From positions 1 through 64,000 of the forward strand of contig JAKQQL010000110.1 of NCBI GenBank assembly GCA_029564175.1: a stretch of DNA of 64,000 nucleotides, given 5' to 3'. A program made the position numbers and the translations under genes. This stretch comes from Candidatus Cloacimonadota bacterium. Its GTDB lineage: Bacteria > Cloacimonadota > Cloacimonadia > Cloacimonadales > WRIO01. Below the pieces are notes generated by a model. That model made no database searches. It saw only the letters and a program-made list of their open reading frames with translations, and was not told the DNA's origin. Each line of letters begins with the position of its first letter. Positions within the stretch are counted from its first letter, which is position 1. Positions 1-10,970 of the stretch are shown piece after piece.

Positions 1-650
1 TTCGGATGTACGGCACTACCCAAGCTCCGTTTCGCACATCCCTACAAACCGTTTTGACATTTTGCAGATGCACATTTATTGTGTAAACAAGTACCTGAGT
101 AGTTATGATCTACTAGTAGTAAAAACAATTTTCCAAAGTCTATTTCTCTTTATAGAATACTCAAAAAACACAAAAAAATTATATGATTCCCTTATCTATC
201 CTGTAGAAAACAGCTTTTTCATCAGCTCATTACTTCCTCACTGCTTCCTTTATTCTTCTTAATTTGAAGTTAAGATGAAGGGGAGTGGAGTAGGAATGAA
301 AAGGGAAGGAAAGAGAGTGGAAAGGTTAGCTTTTAACATAAGTATCTTGGATTGTCAGTAATAAGTATTTAGATATTTGATTTTCAAAATGGAGACAAAA
401 TATACTTTCAGACCTGTGACAACAATGTTGCAACGTTGCATTTGTGCCTCAGTTATGAAGAATCTCATAAATTTCTTAAAATAATATAATTAACTATTTT
501 GAAGAAAAATATGTGTTACAAAAATGTTGCAAATCTTTCTTTTAACGAATGTTCAAAACATATTGAAAAATAGACAGATAGATAAAATACTAATGATTGG
601 CATCATGCTTGCTTTTATTGTCCCTTCTATATCAAAATTTAGGAGGAAAA

Positions 651-1907
651 ATGAAAAAACAAAAAACACTGACAAAAAAGGTACATTTAATTGTATTGAT
701 GATGATACTGCTGAGTAGCTTTTTAACGTTGTTACACAGTAAAGTATCCAAAAATTCAAATGAAAACAGGGCAACTTATTCAGATTTAGTTTATGCAAAT
801 CTGTCAAATAAACAGAAGCTGGATCTTTATATACCGACGACAGGTTTAGATTCATATCCGCTTATCATCTGGATTCATGGCGGAGCTTTTTTAATGGGTG
901 ATAAAGCGGCTGCCAATGAAGTTAATATGATCAATAAACTGGTCACCAGAGGATTTGCTGTGGCATCCATAAATTACAGATTTAGTTCCGAAGCAATTTA
1001 TCCTGCACAGATCAAAGATTGTAAAGCAGCAGTCAGATTCTTAAGAGCAAATGCAGCTCAGTATCATTTAAACACCAATCAGTTTATCTCGTGGGGAGGA
1101 TCTGCGGGAGGTTGTTTATCTTCCTTATTAGGCACAACTGGTGAAGTAGAAGAATTGGAAGGTGCTGAATTAGGAAATGCAGACTACTCCTCACGAGTCA
1201 ATGTGAGTATAGACTGGTTTGGACCAATAGAGTTTTTAACAATGGATGAACAGGCAGCAGCTCAGGGATTTACGATCAATACCAATGCAGCTACTTCTCC
1301 GGAATCCAGGCTGATAGGTGCTCCGATTCAGACAGTGCCTGTATTGACTAATAAAGCCAATGCCATGCAGTATGTGACAACCGATGATGCGCCTATGGTA
1401 TGTCAGCATGGTACAGCTGATACCAATATTCCTATTTTACAGTCTTTTAATCTCTACAATACCATAGCAGAGACTTTAGGACAGGATAATGCACTTTACA
1501 CATTGATTCAGGGAGCGGGTCATGGTGGCAGTTTATTTGAAACAGATCAGAATATTGATTTGGTTGTGAGTTTTATCAATAGTCATTTAACACCTTTATC
1601 TGCTGATAACAGCGCTTCATCAGTTATCCCTGATATACGAAATATCTCAAATTACCCGAATCCATTTAATCCATCAACCATGATTCGATTTGAGTTAAAT
1701 AAAAAAGAAAATGTAAGTGTTTCAATATACAATATCAAAGGAAAAATCGTAAAACAACTTGTTTCTGACAGTCTGAATGCTGGTCAGCATCAGATAGAAT
1801 GGAACGGAACTGACAATAAAGAAAAGAAGTGTCCAAGTGGTGTTTATTTCTATCGCATTGATATTAAAAACAGCTCTATTATGAAAAAAATGATGCTTGT
1901 AAAATAA
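651..1907 (+). CDS. Secreted alpha/beta-hydrolase (HSL/BD-FAE-like carboxylesterase) with C-terminal FlgD-Ig/T9SS-like sorting domain
   Basis: HGGAF oxyanion motif, GGSAGG nucleophile elbow, HGTAD and GAGHG; hydrophobic N-terminal signal; C-terminal NYPNPFNP...KKMMLVK. Start moved to ATG 651, which follows AGGAGG at 641-646. Confidence 0.85.
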   Translation: MKKQKTLTKKVHLIVLMMILLSSFLTLLHSKVSKNSNENRATYSDLVYANLSNKQKLDLYIPTTGLDSYPLIIWIHGGAFLMGDKAAANEVNMINKLVTRGFAVASINYRFSSEAIYPAQIKDCKAAVRFLRANAAQYHLNTNQFISWGGSAGGCLSSLLGTTGEVEELEGAELGNADYSSRVNVSIDWFGPIEFLTMDEQAAAQGFTINTNAATSPESRLIGAPIQTVPVLTNKANAMQYVTTDDAPMVCQHGTADTNIPILQSFNLYNTIAETLGQDNALYTLIQGAGHGGSLFETDQNIDLVVSFINSHLTPLSADNSASSVIPDIRNISNYPNPFNPSTMIRFELNKKENVSVSIYNIKGKIVKQLVSDSLNAGQHQIEWNGTDNKEKKCPSGVYFYRIDIKNSSIMKKMMLVK

Positions 1908-1950
1908 AATCCATGACATTACAGGTATAGGATAGTTAATACCTCATTTT

Positions 1951-1986
1951 ATTGAGACGTTCATTTTGGACGTCTCAATGCTTTTT
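1951..1986 (+). terminator. Intrinsic terminator after esterase
   Basis: ATTGAGACGTT...GACGTCTCAAT stem followed by GCTTTTT. Confidence 0.6.
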
Positions 1987-2086
1987 ATACAATTGAAAAT
2001 ATTGAAGATAGATACCTTTCATTTTCTTTGATAATCAGATTTATAGAATTATCATGCCTAATTTAAATGTAATAACAAAAAAATGA

Positions 2087-2115
2087 TTGACACCATTGGA
2101 AAAATTTGCTATGTT
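2087..2115 (+). promoter_or_regulatory. Sigma70-type promoter for cheW-MCP
   Basis: TTGACA (2087-2092), 17 nt spacer, TG-n-TATGTT extended -10; AGGAGG RBS before ATG 2145. Confidence 0.5.
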
Positions 2116-2144
2116 AAAATAAGAAAATCTATAGGAGGATTTGG

Positions 2145-2636
2145 ATGAACGAAACGAAAGAGACTGTCGAAACCGGTAATCTGAGTGGTAAATATCTGTC
2201 TTTTCATCTGATGGATGAGTTGTATGGCATTCATGTAGAAAAGATTTTACAGATAATCGCCATTCCTGAGATTACGCCGATACCAAAAACACCTGATTTT
2301 GTAAAAGGCGTGATCAATCTCAGAGGTAAAATTATCCCTGTGATTGATTTAAGAACAAAATTCAGGTTACCCTCACAAGGCTATAATGACCGTACCAGTA
2401 TTGTCATTATAAAACTACGTACAGAAACATCGGAATTGTTCATTGGTACGATTGTGGATAAGGTACTTGAAGTGATGGACATTGTACAGCAAGATATTGA
2501 GAATACACCTAAATTTGGTGTTACACTTGATACAGACTACATATCCGGTATGGCTAAAGTAAAAGGTAAGGTCATCACCTTGCTGAATATCAACAAAGTG
2601 CTGACAGAAGAAGAATTAACTTTGATTTCTAAATGA
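2145..2636 (+). CDS. cheW: Chemotaxis coupling protein CheW
   Basis: ITPIPKTPDFVKGVINLRGKIIPVIDLR signature; AGGAGG RBS. Confidence 0.95.
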   Translation: MNETKETVETGNLSGKYLSFHLMDELYGIHVEKILQIIAIPEITPIPKTPDFVKGVINLRGKIIPVIDLRTKFRLPSQGYNDRTSIVIIKLRTETSELFIGTIVDKVLEVMDIVQQDIENTPKFGVTLDTDYISGMAKVKGKVITLLNINKVLTEEELTLISK

Positions 2637-2646
2637 GGAGGAAAAT

Positions 2647-4631
2647 ATGTTAAATAATGCAAAAATCGGGAAAAGATTAGGAATTGGATTTGCCTTTGCA
2701 ATCCTTGTAACAATTGTATTGTCAATTATTGCAATAAACAGTTTTATTGATTCTAAAGGAAAACTGGAAACTTTGACTAAACTGGACATGAAAAAGACTT
2801 CTCAGGCAAATTCATTAATTGATGCAGTAAATGTTCAAGCAAGATCAATGCGAAATTTGTTATTGTTTAATCAAGTTTCAGATAATGAAAGAGACATGAA
2901 AAGAATTGAAGATTCAAAGGAATCCATAAAGGCATCAATTGCTTATCTTGATGAAAATATTAAATCAGTTGAAGGACGAAAACTTTTTGATACAATGAAG
3001 CCCTCAAGAGAAAAATATCTTGAGGAAGTTAATATATTCCTGGATAAATACAAATCAGGTCAGAAAGATGAATGCATCATATTATTAAGTGGGAGCTTAA
3101 GAGCGGCTCAAACAGAATACTTTGATAATATAACTAAACTGATTGAATTTCAGGATCATTTAGCTGTAACCGTTGGAGAAGAAACCGCTAAGAAAATCAA
3201 TAATGAAATCATCATATTTTTGATATTATTGATAACAAGTACATTTATTAGTATTTGGTTTGCATTATGGATAACAAAAAGCGTTGTCAATCCGGTTAAT
3301 CAATGTATGGACGCTGCCAATAAAATAGCTGATGGAGATATCAATGTGGCTTTCAAAATTGACTTCAATGATGAAACCGCACATTTGATGCACGCAATGG
3401 AAAACATGAGTAAAATATCCGATCAATGGCTGATGATGCCAGTATGTTGGTTGATGCGGCTAAAAATGGCAGACTAAAAACCCGAGCCAAAGCGGAAAAA
3501 CATAAAGGGACTTACCGTGAAATTGTTGAAGGGGTCAATGAAACACTTGATGCTGTGATTAACCCAGTAAATGAAGCGATGGAAGTAATGGACAAACTGG
3601 CAAACAAAGATATGACCGCTCGTGTAAAAGGTCAGTATAAAGGCGATCTGGACTTATTCAAAACCAATATCAATTTAGCAGCTGCAAACCTTGAAGACTC
3701 TCTTATTCAGGTAGATATGGCTGTAGAGCAAATCTCTTCTGCTTCATCACAGATCAGTTCAGGCTCACAAGTACTTGCAGAAGCTACAGGGGAACAGGCA
3801 AGTTCACTGGAAGAAGTCTCAAGTTCCATGGAAGAAATCAATTCTTTAACTGCTGGAAATACAAGTAATTCAAAAATGGGCTTGAATCTGGCGGATAAAG
3901 CGGTTGAATCAGTTGATGAAGGAAATATCGCTATGAACAAAATGAGTGATGCGATGAGTGTTATACTTAAATCATCACAAGAAACCAGTAAAATTATCAA
4001 AACCATTGATGAAATTGCATTTCAGACTAATTTACTTGCTTTAAATGCAGCAGTTGAAGCCGCTCATGCCGGTGAAGCAGGCAAGGGTTTTGCAGTTGTC
4101 GCAGAAGAAGTAAAAAATCTGGCTTTACGCAGTGCAGAAGCAGCTAAGAACACAAATAACCTGATTGAAGAATCGACTAAGAATGCTGAATTGGGTGCAA
4201 AAATTGCCGATCAGGTCAGCAAGTCATTTGTAGAAATCAAAGATAATTTTAACAAAGTGAAGAATATTGTCAATGAGATCGCTGCTTCCTCTGATGAACA
4301 ATCTCAGGGTGTACAACAGGTGAATACAGCGGTTCAGGAAATGAACAGAGTTACACAACAAAATGCTGCCAACGCCGAAGAATCAGCTTCAGCTGCAGAA
4401 GAACTGAACAGTCAGGCTGCAGAACTGCAAAATATGGTTGCACAGTTTAACCTTAGCAGAAAAAACGTAATCAGTCATTCTTCAACCAGAAAAAATACCC
4501 ATCAAAATTCTGACAGAAGGGGTCAGAAACAGATTCCTGGCAAAAAATCATCAAGTGCTTATGAGGTAAATCCACAACAGGTATTACCATTAGATGGCAT
4601 CTCTGATGATGATTTTGATGATTTTAAATAA
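2647..4631 (+). pseudogene. Methyl-accepting chemotaxis protein (4HB-type sensor, HAMP, MCP signalling domain), split by a 1-nt frameshift
   Basis: ORF 2647-3477 has TM-sensor-TM-HAMP; ORF 3426-4631 has [33 protein letters not shown]. Adding one A to the A4 run at 3412-3415 fuses them (..[12 protein letters not shown]..). Could be a sequencing error. Confidence 0.8.
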
Positions 4632-4646
4632 GATGTGATCGTGATA

Positions 4647-4688
4647 TGGCAGAGATAAGATCTTTATAATAGGAAACTGTCTCTGCCA
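4647..4688 (+). other. Intergenic hairpin between MCP and first kinase
   Basis: TGGCAGAGATA...TGTCTCTGCCA inverted repeat; only a short T tail follows. Confidence 0.45.
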
Positions 4689-4711
4689 GTTTAAAATGAG
4701 ATGGAGATTGT

Positions 4712-7700
4712 ATGTTTGATTTCGAGAATATAAGAATACTTTTAGTAGAAGATGATCCGGTAACGGCATTTGCTCAAAGAAAAATACTTCAAAATAATCA
4801 TTTTCAGGTGATTTGGGCAAAAAATGGGGAAGAAAGCATTGAATTGTTTAAAATGAATCAACATGATCTGGATCTGATTCTGATGGATATAGATTTAGGC
4901 AAAGGGATAGACGGAACAGTCGCTGCTGAAAGGATTTTACAGGAGAAAGATATCCCTGTCGTCTTTTTATCCTCCCACACCGAAAAAGAAGTAATAGAAA
5001 AGACGGATAAAATTACATCTTACGGATTTATTCTAAAAAATTCAGGAGAAGCTATCTTACTTTCTGGTATTAGAATGGCATTAAAACTTTATCATTCTAA
5101 TCTTCAAAAAACAAAAAAGGAGATAGAACTGAATAATAGTAAAAATTACTTACGAAAAGTCCTGAATATTTCAACAGATGGTTTTATGGTCGTAAACTCT
5201 AAAGGCGAAATTATTGATGTGAATGAAGCCTATTGTTTAACTTCCGGATATCTGAATGACGAGATAATGAAGATGAATATTTCAGATATTGACTGTATAG
5301 ATACCCCTGAAATGATTCAAAAGAGAATGGAACAAGTCAGGGCTAACGGAAGTCTCTTTTTTGAAACACAACATCAGAAGAATAACGGTCAGCGATTTCC
5401 TGTAGAAGTCTCAGTTATTTATATTAGTGAACCTGAAGAACTGTATGTCAGTTTTTTCAGAGATATCAGTGAACGAAAAGAACATGAATCGATCATTCGA
5501 GAGGCAGAAGAAAAAAGCAGAAAAAAAATGTCTTTGGCAATGAAGGTCGCTCAGATGAGTTACTGGACTTTAGATTTAGAGACTTTAAATATCACATGGA
5601 CTAAGGGTTTTGATGATTTATTTGATAAAAAAGATGAAGATTATCTTTGTCATTTAGATGAATTTTTAATACTCTTAATACCAGAAGATTTTATAAAGGC
5701 GAAAAATTTGTTTCTAAGGGCAAAAAATGAAAAGAGTTCTCTTGATTTAATCTGCAGTATTAAAAAATCTGATGGGAAAAACTCCTTTATTCGACTTTAT
5801 GGAGAATATTTTCAAGAAGCTACAGAATCTTTTCTTTTTGGAATTATTCAGGATATCAGCATGATTAAGGAAATAGAAAATGAATTATTGATTACTCAAA
5901 ATAAATTAAAAGAAGCAATGAATATTGCCAGTCTTGTCCCTTGGGAATATGATGTAAAATCGTCTATATTTACTTTCTCTGATGATTTCTACGCACTTTA
6001 TGGAACGGATGTTATTAATGAGAATGGCTATCAGATGTCAGCAACTGACTATGTTCAGCGTTTTGTCTATAAAGAAGATGTCCCTTTTGTCGTAGATATT
6101 ATGACAAAAGCAAATGAACAGAATGATGGTCGTTTACATAAACTTGAACATCGAATCCTTAGGCGAGACGGAGCTGTCAGATATATATCGGTCAGTTACT
6201 TTACTACTTTTGATAAGTATGGCAATCAGTTGAAAAGATATGGCGCTAATCAGGATATTACAGAGAGTAAGCAAACAGAAAAAGATTTAGAAAGCAATCT
6301 GCAGAGAAATAATGCATTGATGAATGCGTATCCGGATGTAATGTTTCTCTTTAATGATCAGTATGAGATTGTAGATTGTCACCCTCGGGAAGAAGATAAA
6401 AGATACTATCTCCAACCACATCTGTTTTTAGGGAAAAATATAAAGGAAGTGCTTCCTTCTGATTTATATATGATGACACGCTATCATATTGACAGTATCA
6501 TAAAACATAAAACGCTTGAAACAGATCACTATACGCTAACAATCAATAATGAACTCTGTTATTTTGAATCCCGATATGTATTGTGTGAAGACAATTTAGT
6601 TTTAGCGATTATCAGAGATATAACCGAACAGGAAAAATTGAAACAGAATCAGCAGATTTTACAAAAAAGCCTGCTTCAATCTCAAAAAATGGAGTCTATT
6701 GGCAGAATGGCAGGTGGCGTTGCCCATGATTTTAACAATATGCTGGGTGTGATTACAGGCTCTGCTGAGCTGGCACAAATGGATTTGCACCCTTCACACG
6801 CTGTTTATGATCATCTGGATCAGATACGAAAGGCGGCATCCAGATCAGCTGGTATAACCCGTCAGCTTCTTGCCTTTTCCAAAAAGCAAGCTTCTCAACC
6901 GAAAGTAGTGGATTTGAATTCAGCTGTTCAGAGCTTTAGTAAAATATTAAAGCATATGACAGGTGAAAATGTTCAACTTAAGATTGAGGGAACAAACGGT
7001 AGTGCTAATATTCTGATAGATCCCTATCAGTTGGATCAAATCCTTTCTAATCTTTGTATCAATGCCAGAGATGCCATTAAAGATAATGGGCTGATCAAAA
7101 TTGAAATCAACGAAACAATTCTTGATCAAGACAGTATTACTACAGATTATGTGATCGAATCAGGGTCATATATTGTGTTAAAAATATCTGATAATGGAAG
7201 TGGCATGCCAAAAGATGTTTTGGATAAAATTTTTGAACCTTTCTTTACTACAAAAGAAGCTGGAAAAGGAACGGGGCTTGGACTACCTACAGTGTATGGA
7301 ATCGTTAAACAAAATCATGGATATATTTTGGTTGACAGTAATTTGGGTGTTGGAACCTGTTTCTCAATCTATTTTCCTAAACATGTTGAGACTGCACAGG
7401 TAGAAGAACTCACAAATCAACTTAGTTTCAGTTTTAGTAATCATTATGTGTTGATTGTAGAGGATGAATTGAGCTTGCTTTTGTTAACTGCAAAAATGCT
7501 AGAGAAAGTCGGATTTATCACTTTGTCAGCATCTAATGCAGATGAGGCAGTCAACTATGCCAGAGAATACTCTGATAAAATTTCTTTACTAATCACTGAT
7601 GTTATCATGCCAGGTAAAAATGGGGTTGAAGTTTATAATGAGATAAAGACCTATTGTCCGCTTATAAAGATACTATTCATGTCTGGTTATTCCTGGAATA

Positions 7701-7804
7701 TTCTTAAAGATTATTTTGGAGAGGAAGGATATTATCATATTATCAATAAACCTTTCTCTATTGCTGAGTTATCATCAAAAATCAAAGAAGTATTTGGAGA
7801 CTAA
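4712..7804 (+). CDS. Cytoplasmic hybrid histidine kinase (REC-PAS repeats-HisKA-HATPase-REC)
   Basis: N-terminal LLVEDD/LMDIDL receiver; PAS/PAC motifs (FRDISERK, QDITESK); GGVAHDFNNML H-box; FFTTK..GTGLGL; C-terminal receiver. Confidence 0.92.
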   Translation: MFDFENIRILLVEDDPVTAFAQRKILQNNHFQVIWAKNGEESIELFKMNQHDLDLILMDIDLGKGIDGTVAAERILQEKDIPVVFLSSHTEKEVIEKTDKITSYGFILKNSGEAILLSGIRMALKLYHSNLQKTKKEIELNNSKNYLRKVLNISTDGFMVVNSKGEIIDVNEAYCLTSGYLNDEIMKMNISDIDCIDTPEMIQKRMEQVRANGSLFFETQHQKNNGQRFPVEVSVIYISEPEELYVSFFRDISERKEHESIIREAEEKSRKKMSLAMKVAQMSYWTLDLETLNITWTKGFDDLFDKKDEDYLCHLDEFLILLIPEDFIKAKNLFLRAKNEKSSLDLICSIKKSDGKNSFIRLYGEYFQEATESFLFGIIQDISMIKEIENELLITQNKLKEAMNIASLVPWEYDVKSSIFTFSDDFYALYGTDVINENGYQMSATDYVQRFVYKEDVPFVVDIMTKANEQNDGRLHKLEHRILRRDGAVRYISVSYFTTFDKYGNQLKRYGANQDITESKQTEKDLESNLQRNNALMNAYPDVMFLFNDQYEIVDCHPREEDKRYYLQPHLFLGKNIKEVLPSDLYMMTRYHIDSIIKHKTLETDHYTLTINNELCYFESRYVLCEDNLVLAIIRDITEQEKLKQNQQILQKSLLQSQKMESIGRMAGGVAHDFNNMLGVITGSAELAQMDLHPSHAVYDHLDQIRKAASRSAGITRQLLAFSKKQASQPKVVDLNSAVQSFSKILKHMTGENVQLKIEGTNGSANILIDPYQLDQILSNLCINARDAIKDNGLIKIEINETILDQDSITTDYVIESGSYIVLKISDNGSGMPKDVLDKIFEPFFTTKEAGKGTGLGLPTVYGIVKQNHGYILVDSNLGVGTCFSIYFPKHVETAQVEELTNQLSFSFSNHYVLIVEDELSLLLLTAKMLEKVGFITLSASNADEAVNYAREYSDKISLLITDVIMPGKNGVEVYNEIKTYCPLIKILFMSGYSWNILKDYFGEEGYYHIINKPFSIAELSSKIKEVFGD

Positions 7805-7805
7805 A

Positions 7806-10800
7806 ATGGCAGATCAGAATCATCCTCTATTCAATAACCCAGTTGTCGCTTATGCTCATCATAGAATTTTACTGGATGAGGATGGAAAACCTTATGACTA
7901 TGAGTTTTTGGATATCAATCCGGCTTTTGAACAAATGACAAAGCTAAAATCCACTCAGATAATAGGTAAAACAGCCAGTCAAGTTTTTAAAGAAGCGAAA
8001 GAAGACTTTTCAAATCTGATTTCTAATTTTGGAAGCATTGCACTTAACGGTGGAGAACAAGAATTTGAACAATATAGTAAAGAAAATGACAGATGGTATC
8101 ATGTAAATGTCTATTCTGTTGAAAAAATGACATTTACGACAGTTTTTACTGATATAACAATCAGTAAAGAGACAAATGATTTACTTTCTGAAAGTCAGGC
8201 AAAGTATGAAGAGTTAGCTGATTCAATTACAGATATCTATTTTGCCATGGATGAAAATCTGATTTATACTTACTGGAATAAAGCATCTGAACAGTTTACC
8301 GGTATCTCCGCTGCAAATGCAATTGGCAAATCTCTGACAGAAGTATTTGCTGATACACCTGAACTCGGAATAGCTAAAGAAGTATATCTGGAAGTGATCA
8401 AAACAAAGCAGTCAAAATCAATCATCAATGAATTTCATCTGAAAGATCAAATCATTTACTATGAAATCAATGCTTATCCTTCCAAAAAAGGGGTTTCTGT
8501 TTTTGTTAAAGATGTAAGTCAAAGAATTCAATTTGAAAAGCAATTAATTGAAGAACGAAGATTAACTCAAAACTATCTGGACACAGCTAATGTAATCATT
8601 GTAACTTTAAACATGAATGGATGCATTACAATGATAAACCAGTATGGGCTGGAATTGTTGGGGTATTCTGATAATGAGCTTATAGGTAAAAACTGGTTTG
8701 AAATCATTTTAACACAATCAGATAAAACTCAGACAGTATATGCTGTTTTTAAAAAGATAATTAGTGGTGAATTGGTTCCTGTTAAATATTTTGAAAATGA
8801 AGTGATTTGTAAAAATGGAGAACGTCGGTTTATCGCATGGAGCAATAATATTTTGCATGATTCCAATTTGGAAATCATTGGCACAATTAGTTCAGGTATA
8901 GATATTACAGAAAAAAAGAGGATTGAAAAAGAACAGCAGGAAACAGCTCAAAGGCTTTTATATGCCAATAAAGCCACTAACGATGTGATTTGGGATTGGA
9001 ATATAGAAACAGATACACAGCAGTGGAATGAAGTTGGAACAAAAGTTTTTGGCTGGACAGAAATCGTTGAGCATCCTGATAGTACTTCCTGGTGGGTTGA
9101 AAGAGTTCATCCAGATGATCGTGACAGGATTCATAAATCTTTATTTGCAGTGATTAATGATTCTAAACAAAATATCTGGCAGAATGAGTATCAATTTTTG
9201 AAAACAGATGGCTCATATGCCAGTGTAGTGGATAAAGGATATGTCATTCGTGATGAATATGGTAAAGCCATTCGCATGATTGGTGCAATGCAGGATGTTA
9301 CAGTTCATCATCAGGCAATCAACAAAATTAGAGAGAGTGAAAAGAAATACCATGATTTATCCACTTTACTTCGTCTCTTAGCTGACAATATGCCGGATAT
9401 GCTTTGGGCTAAAAATTTAAAAAAAGAGTATATCTTTACAAACAAAGCAATTTGTGATCATTTGCTGAATGCGATAGATACGAATGAGCCGATAGGAAAA
9501 ACGGATATTTTCTTTGCTCTAAGAGAACGGAATGCTCATCCTGATAATCCTGAATGGCATACTTTTGGAGAAATATGCAGAGATTCTGATTCTATTACCC
9601 TTGAAGAAATGAAACCGATGCAGTTTGATGAATATGGCAATATTAAAGGTAAATATCTGTATCTCGATGTTCATAAAGCCCCTTTGTTGGATGACGAAGG
9701 AAAGGTGATAGGAGTCGTAGGCTCTGCCCGTGATGTAACTGCTGAAAAGCAAGCAGAAGAAGAAAAAGAGAAATTACAGGCTCAATTAGTACAGGCTCAG
9801 AAAATGGAATCAGTTGGCAGATTGGCTGGAGGAGTTGCACATGATTTTAACAATATGCTGAGTGTTATTTTAGGCCAAACAGAGCTGGCTTTACTAAATA
9901 TGGATGAAAACGATAAGCTATATAATGAATTAGAAGATATTCAGAAAGCTGCTCAGCGATCTGCTGACCTTACACGACAACTGTTGGCATTCGCACGAAA
10001 ACAGACGATTCAACCCAAAAAGGTAAATCTGAATGACATCGTTGAAGATATGTTAAAAATGATAAAACGATTGATTGGTGAAGAAATTGAGCTGTTATGG
10101 GAACCTGGTGAAAAACTCTTGCCTGTTTGGCTGGACTCTACTCAGATGGATCAGATATTAGCAAATTTATGTGTCAATGCCCGTGATGCAATTTCAGGTA
10201 TCGGCAAAATCGTGATTAAAACGGAAAATGTAAAACTGGATGATCATTTCTGTTCAGTATATAAAAGTGTACAACCTGGAGATTTTGTTTGTTTGTCTGT
10301 TAGTGATAATGGAAGTGGTATGGATGAAGAAACCATATCTCATTTGTTTGAACCTTTTTTTACAACAAAAGAAAAAGATTATGGTTCTGGACTCGGTCTG
10401 GCTACTGTTTATGGTATAATAAAACAAAATCATGGTTTTATAAGGGTGGACAGTCAACTTAATCAGGGAACCACTTTTTATCTTAATTTACCTTCACATA
10501 CAGATGATAAAACTATAAAAACCGAAAAAAACATTAAACAAGAGCTTGCGTACGGTCAAGGAACGATTTTAATCGTTGAAGATGAGCCGGCAATTTTAAG
10601 AATGACTGCATTGATGCTTTCAAAACTTGGATACACGGTGTTAAAGGCATTATCTCCTAATGAAGCGATTCGTATAGCCAGTGAACAATCCGATTCAATT
10701 GATTTACTTTTAACAGATGTGATTATGCCTGAGATGAATGGTTATGACCTGGTTAAAGAAATCACGGGATTTTTTCCTGATATTAAGGCTTTGTTTATGT

Positions 10801-10919
10801 CAGGCTATACAGCAGATATTATATCTCTTCATGGAGTGGTTGAAGATGGATTATACTTTATTCAAAAGCCCTTCTCTATCACAGATTTATCAGCCAAAAT
10901 CAGAGAAATATTAGGATAA
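7806..10919 (+). CDS. Cytoplasmic multi-PAS hybrid histidine kinase
   Basis: Multiple PAS domains, AHDFNNML H-box, HATPase, C-terminal REC (LLTDVIMP). Start moved to ATG 7806, 1 nt after the upstream stop, with GGAG RBS. Confidence 0.92.
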   Translation: MADQNHPLFNNPVVAYAHHRILLDEDGKPYDYEFLDINPAFEQMTKLKSTQIIGKTASQVFKEAKEDFSNLISNFGSIALNGGEQEFEQYSKENDRWYHVNVYSVEKMTFTTVFTDITISKETNDLLSESQAKYEELADSITDIYFAMDENLIYTYWNKASEQFTGISAANAIGKSLTEVFADTPELGIAKEVYLEVIKTKQSKSIINEFHLKDQIIYYEINAYPSKKGVSVFVKDVSQRIQFEKQLIEERRLTQNYLDTANVIIVTLNMNGCITMINQYGLELLGYSDNELIGKNWFEIILTQSDKTQTVYAVFKKIISGELVPVKYFENEVICKNGERRFIAWSNNILHDSNLEIIGTISSGIDITEKKRIEKEQQETAQRLLYANKATNDVIWDWNIETDTQQWNEVGTKVFGWTEIVEHPDSTSWWVERVHPDDRDRIHKSLFAVINDSKQNIWQNEYQFLKTDGSYASVVDKGYVIRDEYGKAIRMIGAMQDVTVHHQAINKIRESEKKYHDLSTLLRLLADNMPDMLWAKNLKKEYIFTNKAICDHLLNAIDTNEPIGKTDIFFALRERNAHPDNPEWHTFGEICRDSDSITLEEMKPMQFDEYGNIKGKYLYLDVHKAPLLDDEGKVIGVVGSARDVTAEKQAEEEKEKLQAQLVQAQKMESVGRLAGGVAHDFNNMLSVILGQTELALLNMDENDKLYNELEDIQKAAQRSADLTRQLLAFARKQTIQPKKVNLNDIVEDMLKMIKRLIGEEIELLWEPGEKLLPVWLDSTQMDQILANLCVNARDAISGIGKIVIKTENVKLDDHFCSVYKSVQPGDFVCLSVSDNGSGMDEETISHLFEPFFTTKEKDYGSGLGLATVYGIIKQNHGFIRVDSQLNQGTTFYLNLPSHTDDKTIKTEKNIKQELAYGQGTILIVEDEPAILRMTALMLSKLGYTVLKALSPNEAIRIASEQSDSIDLLLTDVIMPEMNGYDLVKEITGFFPDIKALFMSGYTADIISLHGVVEDGLYFIQKPFSITDLSAKIREILG

Positions 10920-10970
10920 TTTTGAAACTAATCTCAATGTTTTGAAGTATTTGAAAACTAAGGAGATACC

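Noticed and set aside
424..533. Repeated AATGTTGCAA and the palindrome TGCAACGTTGCA upstream of the esterase
   Set aside because: Could be an operator, but it is too short and no cognate regulator is nearby to support a call.
62..855. Short ORFs 62-262, 524-718 and 553-855, and the other <110-aa ORFs overlapping long genes
   Set aside because: No motifs or convincing RBS; they are shadow or antisense frames of real genes or low-complexity intergenic DNA.
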